A stretch of 63,921 bases of DNA, filler included, from Octopus bimaculoides (taxonomy: Eukaryota): NCBI RefSeq assembly GCF_001194135.2. It is 4 parts of 4 records of this genome, joined end to end, with 100 filler letters (N's around TTAATTAATTAA, not from the genome) between each part and the next. Parts side by side here need not be neighbours in the genome. Positions count along the whole stretch, not along the records: positions 52,099 to 59,589 come from NC_069009.1; positions 59,690 to 63,921 come from NC_068983.1; 2 more parts are not named here. One strand, written 5' to 3'. Each line of letters opens with the position of its first letter. Position 1 is the first letter of the stretch. Positions 53,652-63,921 of the stretch are shown here, piece by piece. A program made the position numbers and the translations under genes. The notes under the pieces were generated by a model. The model was not told the DNA's origin, ran no database searches, and saw only the letters and a program-made list of their open reading frames with translations.

Positions 53652-53863
53652 GGTATGACAGACTTTAACAGACTGTATATATATATATATATAAAGTTAA
53701 AAAAGTGATTTTAAATTTTCAAATGCAGGATAATGCTAATAATATAGCCTGAACAGGATAAACTATCCCTATAATACATTACGGAGGATATATCATAGAC
53801 AATTAACAATTATTTATGAATATATCAATAGCCAAACATGTTATCATAAAACACATACAAGAA

Positions 53864-54247
53864 GAATGTTTATAATTATGAACAAGTTACAATTATAACT
53901 TAGAGGGTTTCAAAACCCTTACATATTTAGAAATAGCAGTCAAAACCACCATGAAGCCACTATTGTCACTCATTATTTCTCCTCATGATAAAAGCTGTCT
54001 GTGGGCGGCATATAGAATCCAAAACTTTAAAATAAATGGTTAATTCCCTTTTGCAATTTCGATGTTAGGAACCTATGAAGGGTCCCATTCATCACAACTG
54101 GAGAATATTCTTATAGGTAGAAATCAGTACAAGACCTTACCTTGGAGCTTACATGTCTCCTAACCAGCAAGGATAATGTGTCAACATGTAAAGGTTTTTG
54201 AAACCCTCTTATTTATAATTGTGACTTGTTCATAATTATAAACATTC
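53864..54247. repeat. Inverted repeat, about 61-bp arms around a 260-bp spacer
   Basis: 53864-53924 versus 54186-54247, with a few mismatches. Confidence 0.8.
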
Positions 54248-54259
54248 CTCTTATATATC

Positions 54260-54790
54260 ATCATCATCATCATCGTTTAACGTCTGCCTTCCATGCTAGC
54301 ATGGGTTGGACGATTTGACTGAGGACTGGTGAAACCAGATGGCAACACCAGGCTCCAATCTGATTTGGTAGAGTTTCTACAGCTGGATGCCCTTCCTAAC
54401 GCCAACCACTCAGAGAGTGTAGTGGGTGCTTTTACGTACCACCCGCACGAAGGCCAGTCAGGCAGTACTGGCAACAGCCATGCTCAAAATGGTGTATTTT
54501 ATGTGCCACCTGCACAAGAGCCAGTCCAGGGGCACTGGCAACGATCTCGCTCGAAAATCCATACACATGTCACGGGCACAAGTGCCAGAAAGGTGACACT
54601 GGGCACAAGTGCCAGAAAGGTGACACTGGGCACAGGTGCTATCCCGATTTCGCTTTCGCTTGCCCCAATAAGTCTTCGCAAGTTCAGTTTCATGTCCAAT
54701 GAAGGAGACGACGTTGGCATGGGTGCCAGTTGTCGAATTTAGTTCGATTTCACTTGCCTCAACAGGTCTTTGCAAGTGGAGTTTAGTGTC
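54260..54790 (-). mobile_element. RTE-tail-type repeat with (GAT)n tail
   Basis: ATCATCGTTTAACGTC...GGATGCCCTTCCTAACGCCAACCAC, homologous to 55110-55330. Contains an internal 27-bp tandem duplication at about 54574-54633. Confidence 0.65.
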
Positions 54791-54834
54791 CAATTTAACT
54801 CGATTTCAAACACAGTGATTCTGTTCTATTTCAG

Positions 54835-54940
54835 TCACCCAACCCCCTTTGATGACAGTTTACCCACCCACCTTGGTACCATTTAAGGATTCAGAGACTG
54901 TGCAGCTTCTATGTCGGGCCACTGGCGAACCACAGCCTAC
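54835..54940 (+). CDS. Neuroglian/L1CAM-like gene, coding exon 2 (N-terminal half of Ig1)
   Basis: Acceptor ttctatttcag, donor AC|gtaagt, phase 1 in and phase 2 out. Reads (V)TQPPLMTVYPPTLVPFKDSETVQLLCRATGEPQP(T), with the Ig CxAxGxPxP motif. Missed by the ORF track. Confidence 0.88.
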
Positions 54941-55109
54941 GTAAGTATTGCTGGTTTTTTGTGTTGTACATGTAGTGTTTTGATCCTTCTGGTTGCTTGA
55001 GGCCCCAATATGAAAGCCCAGACCTAAGTGCTAAGTAGAAACCTTCCATGGTAGGGGTGACATTTCAGCAGAGATTATGGAGAATTTGGAGAATGTGTAA
55101 AGAGAAATC

Positions 55110-55330
55110 ATCATCATCATCAACATTTAACGTCCGCTTTCCATACTAGCATGGGTTGGACGATTTGACTGGGGACTGGCAAAGCAGATGACTACACCAG
55201 GCTCCAATCTGATCTGGCAGAGTTTCTACAGCTGGATGCCCTTCCTAATGCCAACCACTCTGAGAGTGTAGTGGGTGCTTTTTACGTGCTACCGGCATGA
55301 TGGCCAGTCCGGCGGTACTGGCAATGGCAT
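55110..55330 (-). mobile_element. RTE-tail-type repeat, second copy
   Basis: High similarity to 54260-54480. Confidence 0.65.
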
Positions 55331-55339
55331 TGTTTCTGA

Positions 55340-55560
55340 TAAAGCCTTGTGTGGCATGCCCCAGGAGCTGGGGTTTGTCTTGGAAATTCTCTATTGAGAC
55401 CTAGGGGTAGGCCAAGAATGAGATGGTTAGATAATATCTATAGTCTCTGTTTTACTTGGGAATCCACCCAGAAAGTGTAAAGGCACTTACTTCTGATAGG
55501 ACCCTATGAATGAGGTGTTTAAGGACTCCCACGACCATCCTTTGAATAGTGAGAAGAGAG
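55340..55560 (+). mobile_element. RTE-clade LINE 3' fragment
   Basis: RPRGRPRMRWLDNI...SDRTL motif. Confidence 0.7.
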
Positions 55561-55831
55561 ATGGATGGATGGTTCCAATATAAGGCTGGTGGAGTGACAA
55601 TAGAGTCTGGGTATGAGGCCAGTACTGTGAAAGAGCTTTGATGCAAGGCTGGTAGTGAATCACTCTGTTACAGAAATTATGGTGACGATAGGAGAGAGTA
55701 TGTTGTCTTGAAGTCTTCCCAACTCAGAATAGTCTGTAATTATGGTGTTGTTGTTGGTTGAGAAGAGTAAGAAAGAGAATATTTACATTATTTACATTTG
55801 ACGGATATTTGTCCTCATCTTGTTTGTTGTT

Positions 55832-55877
55832 AACACAACGTTTCAGCTGATATACCCTCCAGCCTTCGTCAGGTGTC
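55832..55877 (-). ncRNA. Minimal type I hammerhead candidate (left arm)
   Basis: Minus strand GACAC-CTGACGA-A-GGCTG-loop-CAGCT-GAAA-CG-TT-GTGTT. Confidence 0.55.
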
Positions 55878-56120
55878 TTGGGGAAATTTCGAACCTGGGT
55901 TCTCATTCCTAACGATGTTACTATTATTATATTATTATTATTATTACTATTATTAATCAGGTCGCTGCCGTGAATCGAACTCGGAATCTTGGGGTTAGTA
56001 GCCCGCGCTCTTAACCACTACGCCATATGCCCACGGCAGCGACCTGATTAATAATAGTAATAATAATATAATAATAGTAACATCGTTAAGAATGAGAACC
56101 CAGGTTCGAAATTTCCCCAA

Positions 56121-56166
56121 GACACCTGATGAAGGCTGGAGGGTATATCAGCCGAAACGTTGTGTT
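56121..56166 (+). ncRNA. Minimal type I hammerhead candidate (right arm, sense to the neuroglian-like pre-mRNA)
   Basis: GACAC-CTGATGA-A-GGCTG-GAGGGTATAT-CAGCC-GAAA-CG-TT-GTGTT. Canonical core, 5-bp stem II, AACGTT palindrome. An identical copy at 56494-56539 lies across a 10-N gap. Confidence 0.62.
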
Positions 56167-57809
56167 AACAACAAACAAGATGAGGACAAATATCNNNNNN
56201 NNNNAACACAACGTTTCAGCTGATATACCCTCCAGCCTTCGTCAGGTGTCTTGGGGAAATTTCGAACCTGGGTTCTCATTCCTAACGATGTTACTATTAT
56301 TATATTATTATTATTATTACTATTATTAATCAGGTCGCTGCCGTGAATCGAACTCGGAATCTTGGGGTTAGTAGCCCGCGCTCTTAACCACTACGCCATA
56401 TGCCCACGGCAGCGACCTGATTAATAATAGTAATAATAATATAATAATAGTAACATCGTTAAGAATGAGAACCCAGGTTCGAAATTTCCCCAAGACACCT
56501 GATGAAGGCTGGAGGGTATATCAGCCGAAACGTTGTGTTAACAACAAACAAGATGAGGACAAATATCCGTCAAATGTAAATAATGTAAATAATTCCTCAT
56601 CTCTTAAATCTAGAACTGAAAGAGAATATTGTCAGAACTAAATACCAGTGTTATACTGAGGTTTGTTACAGCTCCTCCCCCTTCTCTTTCCACCTCACCT
56701 AACAACATAATTTCGTAGACTTGTTTATTTTGGTTCCTTTTTTGTTTTTGTTTATCTCCTTTGCCTCCATTCCTTCTCTTTCATTTGCCTCTTCTCACCC
56801 TCACTTTTTCACTCTTACTCTCTCTATTTCTCTCATATTTCTTTAGCACTTTTTCTCCCTCCCCCTCCCTGCTCTCTTTCTTCCATTCTCTCTTCATCTC
56901 TCATTCTTTCTCACTCTCAGCTTTCTCCATCTTGTCCTTTTTCTCTGTTTTTCTTTCTCATACTTTGCTAGCTGCTTCACTCTCTCTCTCTCTCTGTCTC
57001 TCTCTGTCTGTCTGTCTCTCTGTCTGTCTGTCTCTCTCTGTCTGTCTGTCTCTCTCTGTCTGTCTGTCTCTGTCTCTCTCTGTCTGTCTGTCTGTCTCTC
57101 TCTGTCTGTCTCTCTCTGTCTGTCTATCTCTCTGACTGTCTGTCTATCTCTCTGACTGNNNNNNNNNNNNNNNNNNNNNNNNNNNNNNNNNNNNNNNNNN
57201 NNNNNNNNNNNNNNNNNNNNNNNNNNNNNNNNNNNNNNNNNNNNNNNNNNNNNNNNNNNNNNNNNNNNNNNNNNNNNNNNNNNNNNNNNNNNNNNNNNNN
57301 NNNNNNNNNNNNNNNNNNNNNNNNNNNNNNNNNNNNNNNNNNNNNNNNNNNNNNNNNNNNNNNNNNNNNNNNNNNNNNNNNNNNNNNNNNNNNNNNNNNN
57401 NNNNNNNNNNNNNNNNNNNNNNNNNNNNNNNNNNNNNNNNNNNNNNNNNNNNNNNNNNNNNNNNNNNNNNNNNNNNNNNNNNNNNNNNNNNNNNNNNNNN
57501 NNNNNNNNNNNNNNNNNNNNNNNNNNNNNNNNNNNNNNNNNNNNNNNNNNNNNNNNNNNNNNNNNNNNNNNNNNNNNNNNNNNNNNNNNNNNNNNNNNNN
57601 NNNNNNNNNNNNNNNNNNNNNNNNNNNNNNNNNNNNNNNNNNNNNNNNNNNNNNNNNNNNNNNNNNNNNNNNNNNNNNNNNNNNNNNNNNNNNNNNNNNN
57701 NNNNNTCTGTCTGTCTCTCTCTCTCTATCTGTCTCTCTCTCTCAATCTGTCTCTCTCTCTCTGTCTCTCTCTCTCTCTCTCTCTGTCTGTCTCTCTCACT
57801 GTCTGTCTT

Positions 57810-57842
<33 letters not shown>

Positions 57843-57971
57843 ATATCCCTACTCTTTCTTCCACTTCTCTCATACCACACCCATTACTACTACTACATCC
57901 ATACTCAAACAATCACTAGCCTGTTCCCATCACCGTCATCTCTGTCTTTTTCCCATCTCTTCTACAACCAG

Positions 57972-58342
57972 GTATACTTGGAAAAAAGACCTGCGGGACT
58001 TCAATCCAGCAGGTAATGATGACCGTATTGTCAAGCTACCAAATGAGGGAACACTTGTGTTCAACCGACCCGAACAGAAAGATGTCGGCATGTATCAGTG
58101 TTTTGCAAACAACTCCCATGGCACAGCCATGTCAGCTGTTTTTGATTTGCGTCGTGCCTACCTCCAACAGTACCCCAGTCAGACTGCAATGACTTATTCA
58201 AGAAAACCTGGAGATGTTCTGATCCTCCCTTGTAATAAACCGAGCAGCTTCCCTGATGCCAAGATGATGTGGGTATTGAAACAGAAAAACGGACAATTTG
58301 AAGGCATTGATTTTAATCAACGAATCACAATGGATCATGAAG
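57972..58342 (+). CDS. Neuroglian/L1CAM-like gene, coding exon 3 (rest of Ig1, most of Ig2)
   Basis: Acceptor accag, donor G|gtaagt, phase 2 in and phase 1 out. YTWKK...EGTLVFNRPEQKDVGMYQCFANNSHGTAMS...LILPCNKPSSFPDAKMMWV...RITMDHEG matches the L1/neuroglian Ig1-Ig2 pattern (GTL, DxGxYQCFAxNxxGTAxS, RxTxDxEG). The next exon was not found in the window. Confidence 0.92.
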
Positions 58343-58454
58343 GTAAGTGTAGTCTTCTCCCCATGACCAGCACTACTACTACTAGTGTTACTACTACTAA
58401 TTCTTCCTTGATGTCCTTGTCAGTGTGTGTGTGTGTGTGTGTGTGTATGTGTTC

Positions 58455-59180
58455 TTGTTGTTTATCCCAGGTCAGTTTTCATCCAGTAGACTTATGATCA
58501 AAACTGTTCCAGCTGCAGCCATCTCATCTTTTATTCAAACATCGTGTATCTAGGACTACATTATCTAATGTACAGTATAATAGTTAGTATTAGTGGCTGT
58601 TGTGGTTGTTGTTTAACCCCAGGTCAACCTTTGATCCAGTAGAACTATGAGCAAAGTTGTTCCAACTATAACCATCCCATCTTTTATTCAGACATAGTGT
58701 ATCTAGGACTACATTATCTTATGTATATCATATGATGAGGAGGAGACCCCCTTCGGTCATTACTGACCATGGGATTGCTCCTAGAAAGTTACCCTCCCAG
58801 GCATAAGTCCGGGCAAGGTTGTTTATGGAAGACCAGCAGTCTCCCATGGATACCAGCCTCCCCTCTCCACACCACTGATGTTATCCAAGGGAAAGGCAAA
58901 GGGGCCGATACAGCTTGGCACCTGTGATGTCACAACTCATTTCTACAGCTGAGTGAACAGGAGCAACGTGAAATAAAGTGTCTTGCTCAAGAACACAACA
59001 CGCAGCTCGGTCTGGGAATCGAACTCACAACCTCACGATCGTAAGCTCGACGCTCTAACCACCGAGCCTTGCGCCTTCACAATGTATCATATAGTAGTTA
59101 ATAATAGTAGCTACAGTTGTTGTTTAGCCCCAGGTCAGCCAGATCCAGTAGACCTATGATGAAAGATGTTCCAGCTGTAG
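58455..59180. repeat. About 150-bp unit repeated three times (58455, 58608, 59115), interrupted by a SINE
   Basis: Shared CCCAGGTCA...ATCCAGTAGA.CTATGA...GTTCCA.CT core. Confidence 0.7.
58736..59080 (-). mobile_element. tRNA-derived SINE with CORE-like domain
   Basis: Head GTGAAGGCGCAAGGCTCGGTGGTTAGAGCG...GAGTTCGATTCCC followed by GTGTTCTTGAGCAAGACACTTT. Confidence 0.75.
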
Positions 59181-59291
59181 TTGGTGACACTGCTCTATTT
59201 CCCAGAAGACAAAGCTTTGCATCTACAATGCATCAGCCCTGGCAAAGAGGATTGACAGCTTTGATAGCAGAGCCCTGAGAACCATCTAGAA

Positions 59292-59519
59292 CAGGGGTTT
59301 TCAAACTGTTGTCCGCAGACCACAGGGGTCCACAAGGACAAGACGGGGTCCGTGGACAGCAAATACTTTTTATGGGCAATTTGATTTTATATATGTTTTT
59401 TTAATCAAAATCTTTTAATTGACAATAAACCTATTTGTTAAATACTGTTAAATAAATAAATGTAAAAGATATATGTTATTTTAAAGGGGTTTGCAAGTCA
59501 AAAAGTTTGAAAACCCCTG
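59292..59519. mobile_element. hAT-Charlie-like MITE
   Basis: Perfect 16-bp TIRs CAGGGGTTTTCAAACT/AGTTTGAAAACCCCTG. The left flank ATCTAGAA fits the Charlie target, but the right flank differs. Confidence 0.8.
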
Positions 59520-59759
59520 GTTTATACATAATGTAAAAATATGTTATTTTAAGCAAATATTTATGTATAAATTTCATAAGCGTTTATAANNNNNNNNNNN
59601 NNNNNNNNNNNNNNNNNNNNNNNNNNNNNNNNNTTAATTAATTAANNNNNNNNNNNNNNNNNNNNNNNNNNNNNNNNNNNNNNNNNNNNGTAACAGCCTA
59701 TTTATAAAGGTAGAAACTCCAGGTTTAGGTGAAGTTTCTTTTATAATATAGATAAATAA

Positions 59760-59794
59760 ATAAATGGAGTTAAACTTCGTTTAACTCCATTTAT
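59760..59794. repeat. Perfect hairpin, 16-bp arms, 3-nt loop
   Basis: ATAAATGGAGTTAAAC-TTC-GTTTAACTCCATTTAT. Nearby AGGTAGAAACTCC and TAAATGGAGT are shared with the flank of the 37740 palindrome. Confidence 0.85.
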
Positions 59795-59809
59795 GTATGT
59801 GTATATATG

Positions 59810-59938
<129 letters not shown>

Positions 59939-61754
59939 ATAAATTTATATGCATATATATGTATATGTATGTGTGTATTTGTATATATATGTGCATATAT
60001 ATGTGTGTATATATATATATGCATATATATGTGTGTATATATATGTGTATATATATGTGCGTATATATAGATATGTATATATATACATGTGTATGTGTAT
60101 GTTCCCAGCTACATATGTGTTTTGATGTGTTTATGCATGTATATATGTATGTATTATAGCATCCTATCCGCTTGTATTACATAATCTAAAGAATATTAAA
60201 TTCATAAATGGTAGCGACTTAACACGATATCACCTGGGTTTCCCCTACTAAAACAGAGCCAAAATAATAACATCGACATTTTTATACAATAGCATTAAAC
60301 AAGCATTGCACTTACCAGACATTATATCGTATCATATATAAAAATATGGCTGATAGCAATGCGATACACGATAACAAATATATATGAATAAATAAAATCT
60401 CCGGCGAACAGTAAGCGAGAAAAACGATACAAGAACAAAGTAAAATTAAATTCGAAGCGAAAGGAAATAGAAACATATATCTAGCTTGTTCTAGTTTTCT
60501 TGCAGTTACTGCCAGTTGAATTGCTTGAGAATCGTGTTCGTTATTACTGCGAAGAGATTTTGTTCGCGGCCACCATCTTCCCCACTATTTCAATCTTCTC
60601 GTTTTGTATATTTTTTGACAGATCAAGACTATGCGCGTTAATCACGTTTTGTACTCTAATCCATTGTTAGACAAGCGTAGTCGGTTATCTTTTTGACAGA
60701 TTACAGCACATTGTCAATATATGCTACACGCCATTGGTTGCTGTTTGATCGGACAAGTGAGCGAGCAGACGATAAGTAGGAAAGAAAACAAGCTAGGGAT
60801 TAAAAAGTATGAAAAAAAAAGTGGGGGCAGGGGATGTAAAAGAAGAAACCAAAAACATAAACGGAAAGAGAGCAAGAAAAATGGAAATATACAAGAGGAG
60901 TGAAAGTGAAACAGTAGAAAAAGAAATTAGAAGATGAAGGAACGCGAGGAGAAGGCGACGACGGCGACGACGATGACCACGGCGACAAAGAAGAAAAAGA
61001 AGAGCAAAACCACCAAGAAAAAGTAAAGGTTAGTGGAAGACAAGAGAGTATGAGCCAAAAGAAGCGGGGGAGACAAAAGAAAACTTAGAAAGGCTGAGAA
61101 GAAAAGTAAGAACTAAAGGAAATGAAATGAGTAAAGAAGAAAGAAAATAGAAGGAAGAAAGGAAAGAAGGAATGAAAGGATTCAGTGTTATGGACGACGG
61201 AGAAAAAGATATAAAAAATTTCGAAGCAAAACAAATAAGTAAAGAAACAAATTAAAAAGGAAAGAAGCGAAAAGGTCTAAACACGAAGGAAATTTGAAAG
61301 GAAGACAGAGATGGCGGAATATGAAGATGAAAATGTGGATTAAAAATGAAATCAACGAAAGATATTTAAATAAAAACTAAAAGAAATGGTGATTGCAATA
61401 GTGAGAAAAGTGAATTAGTTTAATGGAACGGTTGAGTGAAGCTGGAATAATTCTAAATATTTTCGAAGACTTAAGTCGAAAGTGAAGTGATATTTCCTCG
61501 AGTAGACAGATTTCGTTCTTCTCCTCCTATCACCACGCATACTACCTTTCACTTTAACAATGTTAAGTCAGAAGGCGAATCAATCTGATTTCTTTAGCTA
61601 TTCTCAAACTACAATGGAGATCTTTAGGTCACAGGTTCGAGCGATTGTCTTACCTGCTATCATTTAGGGATGAGCAATCAATCGACCGTTCGTTCAATGA
61701 CCATGTTGATGTGGCGCAAAGTTTAAAGTTAATCTTCATCTTTTACTTTAGACT

Positions 61755-62135
61755 ACGATCATGCTGGTCCACCACCTGGAAGGGTTTTAGTCCAATGATT
61801 CGGCGCCTGTACTTACGTTTTTTTAAGTCTGGCACTTAATCTGTCGTACCTTTTGCTGAACTGCTAAGTTATAGAGATGTAAACAAATCAACACTGGTTG
61901 TCAAGCGGTGTGGGTGCACACACACACACACACGCACGCACATACACACACACACGCATATACACACATGCACACATATACACATACACAGACACACAAT
62001 TTTCGTCTACTAAATTCATCCAAAAGACATTGGTCGACTCGGGTCTGTAATCTATAGTACCAGACACTTACCCAAAATATGTGCAGTGGGAATGAACCTG
62101 AAACCACATGGTCACAAAGCGAGCTTCTTAACCAC
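61755..62135 (-). mobile_element. SINE family B with 3' module, diverged
   Basis: Same consensus on the minus strand. Confidence 0.7.
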
Positions 62136-62152
62136 ACACACACACACACACA

Positions 62153-62192
<40 letters not shown>

Positions 62193-62979
62193 AATAATAA
62201 TAATTCAGTCACGACACATTTCAACCACTAACTTACTACAGCTATTACCCGCACTATAAACATTGACCGGCTTACAACCACAGACCAAATACAAACTTCT
62301 TGACGACTTCAACCATTAATCTAAGTGCAGTCATTGATTCATTACAATCACTAAACTATTAACCCACTACAATCACTATTAACTAGAGCCTCTGCACTAC
62401 TGCACGACTTAACACTACCACTGCCCATGTATGACAACTAGCTTACTGCAATCACTCGTTCACTTTAAGTGGGAGAGAAGTATTACCTTTTGTTTTTTAG
62501 ACTGCTTTTGTCGTTATTATTTTTTCTATAAGCTCACTGGCTATTTGCGACACCAGTGGCTGAATAGATACTGAGATACTATATATATCGCTGACGGGGA
62601 AATCGGCTGCGACGTCTAACTGCGGGCGTCTGTCAATGATAAGGCCAAGTAAGGACGAAATCCTGTGATCTAGAAGTTTCAGCGGCCGTAGAGGACGGTT
62701 ATCCGCCACCAACACGAGTGTTTTTTATGCACCTCATGTTCATATGAGAAGTTTTCTCCTATTTAACGCAGTGTTCTGACTCAACATCCACTTTTAAATG
62801 GGAAATAAATATTACCTCTTGGTATCAATACTGCTTCTGTCGCTATTAGTTACTTTAATAGAGTTATTAGACTACTAAAACTATTGACTCACTACAACCA
62901 TTTGCTCAATGTAATCACTCATCCACTACAATTACATTGTCCATTCTAACTACTATCTTACTGCAATGGCTCACCCAGT

Positions 62980-63921
62980 AAAATATTAGTTTCAAATATT
63001 GGTACAAGGCCATAATTTCACAAAAACAAGTGAGGAATACAGAATACTAAAATCACAGCTTGCATCGAAGTTCAAGCAGAACTTCACTACATATGTACAT
63101 AAAGCAGGGCATGAGAAAACGACACCAACACGAGTTAGGGAAAAACCCGGTGACCTGATTTTATCTGCGATCGACGAAATTGCGATAGAACAAGTAGCTT
63201 AATCCAAATTCCCAACTTCTGGATAATAAATGTCCTGCTATATTGTGCCGCAGTAATTGTGCCTCAACAGATGGGAATAAAAGATCGTTCCGAGGGATAA
63301 TACTGAGCCAAAATTGATTACCTCCCGTCAGAATAGCATCAAAACAGTAAGTTTGCCCGAAACCCACAAGCTGTATATCGCAGTATGAAAGGTGATGCCA
63401 TCATGGTAGTAAATGCTCCTTTCCAGAAAGGCCTAAACAAAGAACACAATCGCAGTACTGCATGGCTAAATGAACTGCGAAGCGAATATTGTGTAAATGC
63501 CTCTCCCAAAATATACATCACCAGTGAAACACTCCTGGCGGTTATTATCAAACTGCCGAATAGAAAATCACCTGTGATAGACCTGATAGTAGGCTACTGG
63601 TACAAAAAGCTCACGTTCTACAGGGAAATTCTCACGACCCTGTTGAACAAAAAAAAAAAAAGAAAAGAAAGCAATGGACGCTGAGCTAAGATATACCAAA
63701 TTTACTGGCGGTTTCACGGACTACTCTTATTCCTAACGACAAAGAGGCCTATGTAGCCAAAAACTATCGGACCATAACATGCTTGAATGTTATGTACAGA
63801 TTGTACACAGGTGTCTGGATTGGCATAAGCCACGGGTGAAATGTGCAAGCTGTATGTGCACCGTTCTCAAGTTCAAAAGGGAACATGACCGCGTTGCCAA
63901 AATGAGTTTGCAACCATGTAG
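62980..63921 (+). mobile_element. R4/Dong-clade LINE RT fragment, degenerate, runs off the window
   Basis: HNRSTAWLNEL...IKLPNRKSPVIDLIVGYWYKKL and KNYRTITCLNVMYRLYTG. Confidence 0.85.

Larger units (their letters stand above)
55778..56618 (-). mobile_element. Same tRNA-headed hammerhead element with inverted truncated copy (locus 2, intronic)
   Basis: Head at 56032, A box TGGCGTAGTGG 56015-56025, B box GAGTTCGATTC 55972-55982 (minus strand). The inverted copy begins at about 56032 just after the B box. The unit is repeated across the 10-N gap at 56195-56204. Confidence 0.8.

Noticed and set aside
55960-56032. tRNA gene (anticodon-like loop CT-ACT-AA)
   Set aside because: A and B boxes are present but there is no acceptor stem; it is a SINE-type head. 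The same applies to other SINE heads.
56205-56560. Apparent tandem duplication giving four hammerheads, like a retrozyme array
   Set aside because: An essentially identical copy across a 10-N gap, probably unmerged overlapping contigs; counted as one fold-back unit.
58455-59180. CRISPR-like regular repeats
   Set aside because: Units are about 150 bp and diverged, have no unique spacers, and lie in a eukaryotic intron.

Overview
AT-rich, gap-ridden eukaryotic scaffold packed with microsatellites, SINEs and decayed transposons. The repeat families match those I recall from octopus (coleoid cephalopod) genomes; this is an inference, not a database result. Nearly all long ORFs in the track are artefacts of N gaps or simple repeats. 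Two spliced + strand genes are supported. The first is a neuroglian/L1CAM-like Ig cell-adhesion gene, with three phase-compatible exons covering the signal peptide, Ig1 and most of Ig2 (52714-58342). The second is a divergent CLU-domain gene with two phase-compatible exons (31026-32769). The most notable signal is a set of fold-back (inverted-repeat) elements that carry minimal type I hammerhead ribozyme folds with palindromic stem III, typical of Penelope-like retroelements (PLEs). Two loci of one family combine a tRNA-derived Pol III head, a microsatellite and a hammerhead-bearing tail, each with a head-to-head inverted 5'-truncated copy. This suggests a SINE-like or retrozyme-like element mobilised by PLE machinery; one copy lies in an intron of the neuroglian-like gene. 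No CRISPR array, rRNA or intact tRNA gene was found.
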